This document shows positions 1 through 7,771 of a stretch of DNA of 34,726 nucleotides, in pieces (position 1 is the first letter of the stretch; every line of letters begins with the position of its first letter). The DNA is from a virus, in IMG/VR virus record IMGVR_UViG_3300045988_054439. One strand, written 5' to 3'. The notes beneath the pieces were generated by a model. That model saw only the letters and a program-made list of their open reading frames with translations. It searched no databases and had not been told where the DNA came from. The translations under genes were made by a program, and so were the position numbers.

Positions 1-99
1 ATTTTTTTTTGTTCTTCTCACACCAAAAAACGGTCTTATACATTTCTTTTTCCGCTTCTCGTTGTAACTCCAAACAAGACCGATTTTTCCAACAAGGTC
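1..99. repeat. Terminal direct repeat. Bases 1-99 are identical to 34628-34726, either a circular-assembly overlap or terminal redundancy. Unique length is 34,627 bp.
   Basis: Direct comparison of both window ends (attttttttt gttcttctca ... tttttccaac aaggtc). Confidence 0.95.
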
Positions 100-1290
100 T
101 TTTATTTTTTTGCAGCCGAAAACTGTATTCACGACGGTGTCACCAGTCAAGCAATGGTCGTTCTCCTTAACCACTCGATCATCCCCTGCCTTGTCGTCCC
201 AGCGATACAGCCCAAACTCGGCAATGCTGTCAACGCAAGAGCGGTGAATTTGGATATTGCCAGCGTGCAGATATACAGACACCCGGCGGATACCATCAAG
301 GACTGTGTTGTCGGCCTTAATAACCTTAAAGCCCCGCTGCCGCAGCGCTGCAATGAATGAAGCCGCAGACGGGTCAACAACAACCTTTCGGATTTTATAT
401 CCATCAGCCAGCTGCTCCACATCGTCGCAATACTGCTCGTCTGTCCTCTGCACGGCCTTTTGACGGCCATTATAGTAGAACTCCTTAACCCTTGTCGCTT
501 TTGAGCCTAAAACGCACCACAGGCCAGCAGAAAACGGATTTTGCGTGCCGTAGTCGATAGAGATATAGTATTCGCCATTCGTTGGCACATCGTCGGTTAT
601 ATTGTCCTCGCCAAAATCGTAAACCAAGCCCTCGGCAACGCACCACTCACCGAGAATATACCGCCGGTAGAACACTCCGGTGTACATTGTTTCATATCGC
701 TGGAGTATGTGTTCTGTTAGCGCCGGGTTGTCCCGCAATTCAAAATGCAATCGCAAGGCATTGTGCGACTCCGGCTGGCTCACCCACTCGGTATAGAACC
801 AGTGCTGCGGGCTGTCCGGGTTGCAGTTGAACCAAAACTTTGACCCATCGACAGAGCAGCGGGAGAGTGCCTGCTCTACGAACGACCGGGGCATTAGCGC
901 CACCTCATCCAGCAGAACACCAGCCAATGTTCGGCCTTGGATGAGTGTAAAGCTGCTTTCGTCTTTGCCGCCGAATATTTCAAAATAGTTCTCGATCCGG
1001 CCACAACGAACCACCAGCAGCTTGTCACTCCGACGCCATTGTATGTCCATTCGTTCCCTCGGCTCGGTCATTCCAAGATACGGCACAATTATGTTTTTGA
1101 CGGCGCTGTCAACAGTCTTTCCGCAAATGCCAAAGCGCTGCCGGTCGTACCGTCTCATAGCGTCCTCGACAAATGCGTACATCATCCAAACGGTCTTACC
1201 GGAACGGATGGCGCCGTCAGCAATCAAGGCGTCAAAGCGCGTGTAAGGAAACGCCAATATTTGCAGCTGCTTATCACTCAACCCAGGCAT
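1..1290 (-). CDS. terL: Terminase large subunit, N-terminal fragment. The N-extein runs 1290->154 (379 aa) and is fused to the N-half of a split intein (153->1, continuing at 34627->34490).
   Basis: ATG 1290 overlaps the terS stop. The frame is open to base 1 and stays in phase with 34627 across the junction. Motifs: Walker A GAIRSGKT, Walker B VLLDEVA, nuclease Asp motifs ISIDYG and VVVDPS, ending KENDH. It then continues CLTGDTVV (intein block A, Cys1 codon 153-151). This ORF is absent from the ORF track because it runs off the window edge. Confidence 0.88.
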   Translation of the reverse strand, partial: MPGLSDKQLQILAFPYTRFDALIADGAIRSGKTVWMMYAFVEDAMRRYDRQRFGICGKTVDSAVKNIIVPYLGMTEPRERMDIQWRRSDKLLVVRCGRIENYFEIFGGKDESSFTLIQGRTLAGVLLDEVALMPRSFVEQALSRCSVDGSKFWFNCNPDSPQHWFYTEWVSQPESHNALRLHFELRDNPALTEHILQRYETMYTGVFYRRYILGEWCVAEGLVYDFGEDNITDDVPTNGEYYISIDYGTQNPFSAGLWCVLGSKATRVKEFYYNGRQKAVQRTDEQYCDDVEQLADGYKIRKVVVDPSAASFIAALRQRGFKVIKADNTVLDGIRRVSVYLHAGNIQIHRSCVDSIAEFGLYRWDDKAGDDRVVKENDHCLTGDTVVNTVFGCKKIKDLVGKIGLVWSYNEKRKKKCIRPFFGVRRTKKN

Positions 1291-1663
1291 TGTTGCCCTC
1301 GCTCCGTTCTATCGCTCTCGCTGTTTCTTTCAGCGCCAAAGTCAGCGGGTCATCCTCCCGCCTATCAACCGCAATAGTGTACTCGCCTTGGTCGCTTTGG
1401 CCAAGATACTGCTTACCGAGCCAAATGGCCATATTTGCGTTCTTTTCCGCCAGCCGAAACTGGGCACGGCGCAGGGAAATTTTCCCCACGCCCCGCTTTT
1501 CTTTGAATATTTCGGAAAAACTTTGCTCGTATGTCCGCTTGCACCAGCTGTTCAGCGTCTTGTCTGTCACACAGAACCAGCCGCAAATCTCTTCTTGCGT
1601 GCATTGCAGGCCGCAGAGTTTTTCAAATTCTTCTTGATCTATTTCTTTTCTTGGCCTTGCCAT
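1274..1663 (-). CDS. terS: Terminase small subunit (HTH type)
   Basis: 129 aa, lying directly upstream of and overlapping terL. The N-terminal HTH-like segment (EEFEKLCGLQCTQEEICGWFCVTDKTLNSW) and a basic helical core are typical of small terminases. Confidence 0.8.
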   Translation of the reverse strand: MARPRKEIDQEEFEKLCGLQCTQEEICGWFCVTDKTLNSWCKRTYEQSFSEIFKEKRGVGKISLRRAQFRLAEKNANMAIWLGKQYLGQSDQGEYTIAVDRREDDPLTLALKETARAIERSEGNNAWVE

Positions 1664-1677
1664 TTACTCACCCCTCA

Positions 1678-2955
1678 TTATTTCCTCATATTTGCTTTTT
1701 TTTTGTAAAATTCAAAGCCATAAACCAATTCTTTTATATAATTTGGGACAATTTTAATTTTAGGACTTTTCAAAAGCTTTTCAAACATTTCCGGTGTCGG
1801 TATTCCAGTTTGACCATCAAGCTGAACGCACAACCAATGAGAGTACATTTGTGTCCCTGTTAATTCTTCAATTTCTTTCGCTTTTATGCCAGTTGATTTT
1901 AGCCATTTCGTAAACTTCAATCTATCTTGTGGCGAATCGCTCCTTTCAAAGTTCCCAAAAATGACGGGCTCGTAAGAATCAAAAATTTCTTTTGAATCCA
2001 TTATGTCTACAAAACTTTTGCTTCTTAAAAATTTAGAGCTTCCTGCGTTTTGATAAATAGCTTTGAAACATCCAGCGGTTCCAGACTTTTCCATCATTTC
2101 GGTTGCTTCAACTTTTTCTCCGTTGTATATGTGTTCAAGATTATATTTATTTATCTTAAAGCCTTCTACGCCCTCACATCCGCAGCAAGTCATACTGTCG
2201 CCCATTGTTCGCAACCTATTTTCGGCGCACATAAAAGTAAGACCCAAGCTGTGGCATTTTTGCTTTATCGCTTCATAATCTTTTACAAGAATATGCTTCG
2301 GATATACAAAATCTCCTCCGACTTTAATAAGCCCGGGTTTAGGCTTTACAAACTTCATGTTTTCAATCGTAATTCCATAAATTCCGATTTTTGCATATTC
2401 GTCAAGACTTTGCATTACCTCTTCAAAGACTTCGGTCATATACGGCTGAATGCGGACAACAACCCTTTTACAATTACCAACAAGTTTTCTAAGCATTTCA
2501 AGTCTTTCGGAATATTTCGGGGCACCTTTTTCCAAAACATCATATTTTGAACAAACCATTGAAACCTGAACAACTGCATTGCATTGCCTCAAAAGGCTCA
2601 AGTAATCATCTTCGCAAATAAGTTTTCCCTTTGTGCTTACTATAAACGGATATTTTGTTTCTGCAAAAATCTTTAATGCTTCATAACTTATTCTATGGAC
2701 TTTTTCGCAGGGCTGAAATGGGTCACTCATTCCGCCCCAGTGCAACGGAATGCCCCAATCGCACCACTTTGTAACTTCGCTTCTCTTGCCGTTTATAAAA
2801 TCTTTTAATTGCTTCAAGCAGTTATCTTTTTCAATTTTTGTTATATCGCTTTTCCTTTGAACAAAACAATATTTGCAGGCATGCGAACATCCTTTATATG
2901 TATCAATTCTGACAGGGCAATCGCACAAAACAATTTGAGAACCACAAGCAATCAT
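1678..2955 (-). CDS. Radical-SAM protein of the SPL / 'DNA repair photolyase' (COG1533)-like type, with a C-terminal HTH-like extension
   Basis: CxxxCxxC cluster motif GCSHACKYC near the N-terminus. Motif order (WGGMSDPFQP, IVSTKG, VQVSM, RIQPYM) resembles SplB-like enzymes. The C-terminal ~90 aa read IKAKEIEELTGTQMYSHWL...GIPTPEMFEKLL. GC is about 33-35% in hand-counted lines, against more than 50% in the flanks. Confidence 0.7.
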   Translation of the reverse strand: MIACGSQIVLCDCPVRIDTYKGCSHACKYCFVQRKSDITKIEKDNCLKQLKDFINGKRSEVTKWCDWGIPLHWGGMSDPFQPCEKVHRISYEALKIFAETKYPFIVSTKGKLICEDDYLSLLRQCNAVVQVSMVCSKYDVLEKGAPKYSERLEMLRKLVGNCKRVVVRIQPYMTEVFEEVMQSLDEYAKIGIYGITIENMKFVKPKPGLIKVGGDFVYPKHILVKDYEAIKQKCHSLGLTFMCAENRLRTMGDSMTCCGCEGVEGFKINKYNLEHIYNGEKVEATEMMEKSGTAGCFKAIYQNAGSSKFLRSKSFVDIMDSKEIFDSYEPVIFGNFERSDSPQDRLKFTKWLKSTGIKAKEIEELTGTQMYSHWLCVQLDGQTGIPTPEMFEKLLKSPKIKIVPNYIKELVYGFEFYKKKANMRK

Positions 2956-2956
2956 T

Positions 2957-3526
2957 TTATAATACTCCCATGATCTTCAACAACTCTTTGCTATAAAACT
3001 CTTTTGTCATTTCTTTTATCTTGCCCTTAACGGCGTCCTCATATTGTTTCGGAAAACAAAAAGAAATTGAAAATTCTTCTCTTTGAAGTTTATTGTTGTT
3101 TGTCATACAGTTTTCGTCTTCAAGAAGTTCATCAATATAACTCAATTGTTGACCTTGTTCGTTCACTTCAAAGCCAAAATCAAAATCAAAATCACTAAAA
3201 TCAAGATCTGCAATTTCATCCGCCAGCAGGTCAAAGTCCCAGTCGCTCTCATTGCTCTTGTTATCCACCAACCGCAGGGCGTTCACTTGTTCGGGTGTCA
3301 AGTCGTCAACACAAACGCACGGCACCTCCTTCAGCCCCAGCTTCTTTGCGCCAAGGGCTCGGCAATGACCGATCACAATCACGCCGTCCTTATCTACAAC
3401 GATAGGCTGAACGAAACCATACTGCCGAATACTCTCGGCCACATTGTCAATTTGCGTTTGGTCATGCTTTTTAGCGTTCTTCTCATACGGCTTGATTGTA
3501 TCAAGCGCTCGCATTTCAACCTTCAT
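2957..3526 (-). CDS. ParB/Srx N-terminal-domain protein with an acidic linker
   Basis: Start chosen at MKVEMRAL (SD AGGAGG upstream). Carries ParB-N motifs (KPYEKNAKKH, GFVQPIVVD, IGHCRALGAKKLG) followed by DWDFDLLADEIADLDFSDFDFDFGFEV. No ParB HTH or dimerisation domain is recognisable. Confidence 0.75.
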   Translation of the reverse strand: MKVEMRALDTIKPYEKNAKKHDQTQIDNVAESIRQYGFVQPIVVDKDGVIVIGHCRALGAKKLGLKEVPCVCVDDLTPEQVNALRLVDNKSNESDWDFDLLADEIADLDFSDFDFDFGFEVNEQGQQLSYIDELLEDENCMTNNNKLQREEFSISFCFPKQYEDAVKGKIKEMTKEFYSKELLKIMGVL

Positions 3527-3573
3527 CAAAACGCACCTCCTAAATATAATTGTAGCAGAAAAGCCACCAAAAA

Positions 3574-3903
3574 TCAACTTTTTGGCGGCAAATGATAAAA
3601 CGCTCTGTATAATTCCTCCGCTGTGTCCAGGTTCTTGTCAGCGGTGTAGGCTTCCGTGGCGGCGGTGATCCGTTCCTCCAGCGCCAACGATTCTCGGCTT
3701 AAAAATTCCGCTTTCGACCGCAGCAGGGTGCAGTTGTACCGCAGCGCCTCTTTCTGCCGCTTCGCTGTTTCTTTGTCCATCAGCCCAGCACGGAATAGCC
3801 GATATATAGCCAGCAAGCCAATATACTCGGCACTGTCCGCTGCTGTCAGCCCTTTCGGTAAGATTTTGCCATCAGCGGCGGCTTTTTCTAAACTCTTGTC
3901 CAT
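3574..3903 (-). CDS. Hypothetical helical protein; first gene downstream of non-coding module M1
   Basis: 109-aa ORF with SD AAAGGAG before the ATG. No recognisable motif. Confidence 0.6.
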   Translation of the reverse strand: MDKSLEKAAADGKILPKGLTAADSAEYIGLLAIYRLFRAGLMDKETAKRQKEALRYNCTLLRSKAEFLSRESLALEERITAATEAYTADKNLDTAEELYRAFYHLPPKS

Positions 3904-4218
3904 TATCTCGCTCCTTTACGCAAAACAACCTACAATGTAGTAGTTCGTTTGTAGCGACCCATTTTTGGCTCAACCACGCCAAATTTTAGACTTTCGAACC
4001 GCTACAAACTACAAAAACTACGTTTTCTCCTATAAATATATTTCTATTTTTACTTTTTTTCTTATTTTATATTATTCTCTCAAATAATGTAGTGTTTGTA
4101 GTGTTAGTATATAGAATGTGGTTTTTTTGGCTTTGTTGCGCCAAATTTTCGGACTACAAAGTCGCACTACAAAGCCTACTACAACGCTACAAACACCACG
4201 AAGGCGGCAGATTTTTGG
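3904..4218. repeat. Non-coding module M1, paralogous to M2 at 28065-28308. Carries 11 copies of the CTACA(A)/TGTAG motif in conserved order around an AT-rich core.
   Basis: Motif copies at 3930, 3936, 3950, 4002, 4009, 4088, 4097, 4154, 4167, 4179 and 4187. Blocks shared with M2: TGTAGTGTTTGTAGTG, AGTATATA, TTTTTGGCT, GGACTACAAA. There is a ~60-bp core of about 85% A+T and no ORF. Confidence 0.85.
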
Positions 4219-5685
4219 CTAAAATTCGAGGATGTCGTCAAGGTCGATTTGGTCGGAATTGTCCTCGTTCGCCCACCAACGCTGATTTCCATAAACCGGA
4301 AACTTCTTGGGATATGGCTGCTTGACCCACCCGCTCATTGATTGGAGTATGAGCCCGATTTCTTGGCTTTCCTTTTTGGTGGGCTTTGAATATTCGCCCA
4401 TACGCAAAGCCTCCTGCCAAAGTTCAAGCACGCAAATCTCGGTCTTATTTTCCAAATAATCCTCGATCATACCAACACGGAAATCATCTTCTGTTGCTTC
4501 TGCCTGCTCCTTTCGAATGTCATCAATCAGCGACCGGTCAGCATACGGCAGCAGCTTGCCGGCCTTGTACAGTTCCAACGCTTCTGCCCAGCACTGGCGG
4601 ATGTCGGCTTTGATTTGCTTCTCATTGTCAAACAACTCATAACCGCTTTGCTTCACCCGCACCGGATAGAACCGCCGGTTGCCGGTCTTATCCGTCAAAA
4701 ACTGCTCTTTGTTGGTCGTTCCTATGAATATACACTGCCGTGGGTGGTCGGTCACTCGCTTGTCGAACGGCATTCGGTAGCGATCATTTAACCGGGTAAG
4801 GTAGGACTTGACGGCTTCCTGCTCCTTCGTTCGTGTCATTGCAAGTAGTTCCGACACCTCGCAAATCCACGCACCCTCGATTGATTCAATTCCGCGCTGG
4901 CCGTCAAATTCGTTGACCTCTGTAAAATATTCGTCCGCCAAAGCAAGCCAGCGGATCAGCGTTGACTTGCCTTCTCCCTGCTTTGTGCCGATCAGCACCG
5001 GCATATCGTCGAATTTGCAACCTGGATTGTATAGCCGGTGAATACCGCCGGCAAAGATAAGGCGGCTGACTTCTCGGGTGTACGGCGTGTCCTCGCATTT
5101 CGTCCACTTTGCCAAGAAGCCGTAAATTCTCGAAACGCCGTCCCATTCCAATCCGTCCACAATCTCACGCACTGGGTGGTACTCGTGGCGAGCCAGCACA
5201 ATGCGCATAGCGTCCTCGCTTTTCTGCACGCTGTGGAAGCCGTATTTTTTCTCAATATACCGCCGCATTTCTGCGTCGTCAGCGTCCGTCCACCGTTCCG
5301 CCACGCCGTTGACGGTCTTTTCCGGGCTATATGTAAGCAAATTAAACTTTATGCCGGAGAACCTCGGGTCACCCTCGAGCACCTTAACGAAATTGTCTAT
5401 TGACGCCACCGGACGGCCATTTGCGTCAAAGTCCAAGTCAACGCCGCAGCGCAGCTTTGCATTCGTCCGCTTGTACTCTTTTGCAAGGCTCTCGTTTGCC
5501 TTGTTAAACGCTTTTAGAACGCTCTTGAATTCCTGCTGAATGCCGAATTCCTTTGCCTTTATCGCCATCAACGCCGCCAGCCTTGCTTGGTCTTCCGGCC
5601 GTTCCTCACATAAGTCCAGCAGCAGATCGGTGTTCAGCAGCTGCTCCGGCGTCGCAATCACTTGTATCTGTTCATCTGTAAGCAC
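4219..5685 (-). CDS. VirE-family primase-helicase (P-loop NTPase)
   Basis: 488 aa with Walker A in VLIGTKQGEGKSTLIRWLA and a downstream ICEVSEL Walker-B-like motif. The overall pattern matches virulence-associated protein E / D5-type phage replication proteins. Confidence 0.8.
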   Translation of the reverse strand: MLTDEQIQVIATPEQLLNTDLLLDLCEERPEDQARLAALMAIKAKEFGIQQEFKSVLKAFNKANESLAKEYKRTNAKLRCGVDLDFDANGRPVASIDNFVKVLEGDPRFSGIKFNLLTYSPEKTVNGVAERWTDADDAEMRRYIEKKYGFHSVQKSEDAMRIVLARHEYHPVREIVDGLEWDGVSRIYGFLAKWTKCEDTPYTREVSRLIFAGGIHRLYNPGCKFDDMPVLIGTKQGEGKSTLIRWLALADEYFTEVNEFDGQRGIESIEGAWICEVSELLAMTRTKEQEAVKSYLTRLNDRYRMPFDKRVTDHPRQCIFIGTTNKEQFLTDKTGNRRFYPVRVKQSGYELFDNEKQIKADIRQCWAEALELYKAGKLLPYADRSLIDDIRKEQAEATEDDFRVGMIEDYLENKTEICVLELWQEALRMGEYSKPTKKESQEIGLILQSMSGWVKQPYPKKFPVYGNQRWWANEDNSDQIDLDDILEF

Positions 5686-6232
5686 TTCCTCGCCTCCTCA
5701 AATCGGCCTGTGTTAGCCTTTCATCCGCCAAGCCTATCCGTTGTAGCGCTTCAACGAAAAGCGGGTTTAACGGCTCTGTGGCGGCCTGTGGGCGGTATTT
5801 GCGCAGCTGGTAGTCCAGCCTTGCCCACTCGTCGAACGCCGCCCAGTAGTCCCGCTCCAACCGCTCTTGCATTGCTTTTTCGGCCTTGCGTTTCTCTTTG
5901 CGCTCCCTGGTGGCCTGCTCCATTCTTCGCTGTTCTCTGACGGAAATTCGCTGACCAATCGGCAAGCCAAGCGCAAAATCATTATTCAATTTCTCGCACG
6001 CTTTCCAAAAAGAAAGTCCAAAATATTCTTGCACGAATGTCAAAATGTCGCCGTTCTCTCCGCACGCAAAACAGTGGTAGCCATTGCTTCCGGAATAGAC
6101 TTGCATTGACGGCGTGTTGTCGTTGTGAAAAGGGCAGACAGCACGCCCTTTCCTGTCAATATGAATGCCGTATGCTTCCAGCACCTCCGCCGTGTCCAGC
6201 CGTTCCTTGATTTCTGTTGCATAATCAATCAT
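5672..6232 (-). CDS. CHC2 (DnaG-type) zinc-finger protein, primase-associated
   Basis: CPFHNDNTPSMQVY...YHCFACGENGDILTFV is a CHC2 zinc finger. Start taken at MIDYATEIK (ATGATTGA overlap with the upstream stop). The C-terminal half is a basic coiled coil. Confidence 0.75.
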   Translation of the reverse strand: MIDYATEIKERLDTAEVLEAYGIHIDRKGRAVCPFHNDNTPSMQVYSGSNGYHCFACGENGDILTFVQEYFGLSFWKACEKLNNDFALGLPIGQRISVREQRRMEQATRERKEKRKAEKAMQERLERDYWAAFDEWARLDYQLRKYRPQAATEPLNPLFVEALQRIGLADERLTQADLRRRGSAYR

Positions 6233-6437
6233 CTGCTTGCACCAAAATATACTTGCCATCACTGTTGCGGTACGGCTTATCGCCATATTCTCCGGACAAC
6301 ATCTTTTTAATGCTCGACATACATCTTGTCTTAAACTGGTTGCCTAATGTTGGAAGAAATTCCGGACAAGTTTCGCATTCTTGAGTTCTGCAAAACTCGC
6401 TTTCTGTCATCGCCCGCAGCTTGATACGCTTTTTCAT
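6225..6437 (-). CDS. Hypothetical small Cys-containing protein
   Basis: 70-aa ORF, translationally coupled to its neighbours. Confidence 0.5.
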   Translation of the reverse strand: MKKRIKLRAMTESEFCRTQECETCPEFLPTLGNQFKTRCMSSIKKMLSGEYGDKPYRNSDGKYILVQADD

Positions 6438-6444
6438 TCATCTT

Positions 6445-6855
6445 TTACCTCCCTGTACTCCCGAACCCGCCGTTACCGCGTTCGGTGTCTGCCAGCTTGT
6501 CCACCAGCACCAGATCTGGAGTGTCGACATTAACCACCACCAGCTGGCTGATCTTGTCCCCACGGCGCACGGTGTAATCCATACCGCTGTGGTTGTACAG
6601 TTTGACAGCAATACTTCCGGTGTAGCCCACATCAATCACGCCCTCGCTTGTAATGCCGTACTTAACATTCAATCCGCTTTTTGATTTGAGAAAGCCTGCG
6701 GTATTTGGCGGCAACTCAATATGTACCCCGGTGCCAACGGTCACCGATCCATGTGCCGGAATTACCGTGTCCACCGGTGACAGCAGGTCAAGTCCTGCGT
6801 CAGTGTTGTGCGCTCGAACAGGCATTAACGCCTGATTGTCAAGTTGAATTTTCAT
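6445..6855 (-). CDS. dut: dUTP diphosphatase
   Basis: Motifs AGLDL, GVIDVGYTGSI and RGNGGFGSTGR. 136 aa. Confidence 0.92.
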   Translation of the reverse strand: MKIQLDNQALMPVRAHNTDAGLDLLSPVDTVIPAHGSVTVGTGVHIELPPNTAGFLKSKSGLNVKYGITSEGVIDVGYTGSIAVKLYNHSGMDYTVRRGDKISQLVVVNVDTPDLVLVDKLADTERGNGGFGSTGR

Positions 6856-7001
6856 TTTTCTACCTCACTATTAACCCATTTTTCTATAATTGGAAGACAG
6901 TCTGCATTTTCTTCATCATTGAAACAATAGGCAATTATTGAGTTAATGAGTTTTGCCATTTCCTCAACGCTCATATTTTTGATTCGTTCGTAATTTGTCA
7001 T
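6852..7001 (-). CDS. Hypothetical 49-aa protein
   Basis: Strong SD (AAAGGAGG) 7 nt before the ATG. ATGA-type coupling to dut. Below the ORF-track size cutoff. Confidence 0.5.
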   Translation of the reverse strand: MTNYERIKNMSVEEMAKLINSIIAYCFNDEENADCLPIIEKWVNSEVEK

Positions 7002-7117
7002 TTCTGTGCCTCCTTTCTTTTCCTAAAACAAGTCCATATTTCCGCATATTTTTCACAAGGTTTAAAGCCTTTGTTTTTACTGCACAGTTCATAATGAATA
7101 CAATCTTTGCAAGTCAT
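6998..7117 (-). CDS. Hypothetical 39-aa Cys-rich protein (MTCKDCIHYELC...)
   Basis: ATG preceded by AAGGA. The stop overlaps the next ATG. Four Cys residues. Confidence 0.4.
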   Translation of the reverse strand: MTCKDCIHYELCSKNKGFKPCEKYAEIWTCFRKRKEAQK

Positions 7118-7140
7118 TTTTCATTCATCCTTTCCAACGC

Positions 7141-7683
7141 TTATATCTCATCCCCAAAAGAGTTCCAGCCTTTTCGGGTGTTTCTTGCAAATAACTCCAC
7201 CTTGGAACAGTTAGGGAACATATCTTCAATCATTTTGTAAGCGATTTCGGGCTTTTTGGAATGGCTTGTTGAGTGTTCTCGCAAAACAGTGGTATATTTG
7301 CCACGATATTCTTTGATTGGCATAAGAATTTTTCCTTTTTTGTAAAACCACAATAAATATTCGTGCGAGTATCTTACAGTAAACGCAGGAGCAACGCCGT
7401 TTTCCTTATCCCATATAATGCGAGCGTGCAATTCATACCCTAACTCTCGCATAAATTTTTCCGTTTGCGGTAAAAACTTGTCAATCGTCCACATAAAGAC
7501 ATTGTGTTTTTCTGCGGTGTTATTAACGAGAAATTGTTTGTGCAGCTCTTTTATATCGCCGAGGTTCATGGTCTTATAATCAAGCTCTTTGCCTTGATTT
7601 GGTCTGCATTTTCTTGTATTGCCTTTTTTCTGCTGCCACGGCGGGTCGGAGTATATAATTTCATATTTTTCCGTATGTTTTTT
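7141..7683 (-). CDS. MT-A70-family N6-adenine DNA methyltransferase; start codon unresolved
   Basis: The catalytic DPPW motif (IIYSDPPWQQKKG, D codon 7647-7645) lies upstream of the first in-frame ATG (7569). The frame is open from 7683, immediately after TAA 7686-7684, with only ATT/ATA as candidate starts. Confidence 0.65.
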   Translation of the reverse strand, partial: KKHTEKYEIIYSDPPWQQKKGNTRKCRPNQGKELDYKTMNLGDIKELHKQFLVNNTAEKHNVFMWTIDKFLPQTEKFMRELGYELHARIIWDKENGVAPAFTVRYSHEYLLWFYKKGKILMPIKEYRGKYTTVLREHSTSHSKKPEIAYKMIEDMFPNCSKVELFARNTRKGWNSFGDEI

Positions 7684-7771
7684 TTAGATTATCAATAATC
7701 ACTCTTTTTCATCCTTTCCAAGTTTTAAGGCGTGCAGATACGCTATTTCAAAATCAAACTTTTTCATTTTT

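Noticed and set aside
4112-4149. A plus-strand mini-gene inside M1 (and M2 at 28201-28242): a -10-like TAGAAT/TATAAT followed by a GC hairpin and a T-run.
   Set aside because: The predicted transcript would be only about 25-30 nt, and the -35 (TTGTAG-like) is poor. The hairpin and T-run more likely block antisense transcription or serve as a protein-binding palindrome. They are kept as part of the module description only.
3904-4218. CRISPR array or tandem-repeat satellite, to explain the repeated CTACAA motifs in M1 and M2.
   Set aside because: The repeat unit is only 6-7 bp, occurs in both orientations with irregular 8-13-bp spacing, and has no 25-40-bp repeat/spacer periodicity. No cas genes are present.
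7699-7767. The 22-codon ORF MKKFDFEIAYLHALKLGKDEKE as the true N-terminus of the MT-A70 methylase, via read-through.
   Set aside because: This would require suppressing two different stops (TGA and TAA) within 6 codons. MT-A70 enzymes normally carry DPPW within the first ~10-30 residues, so a 40-aa leader is not expected.
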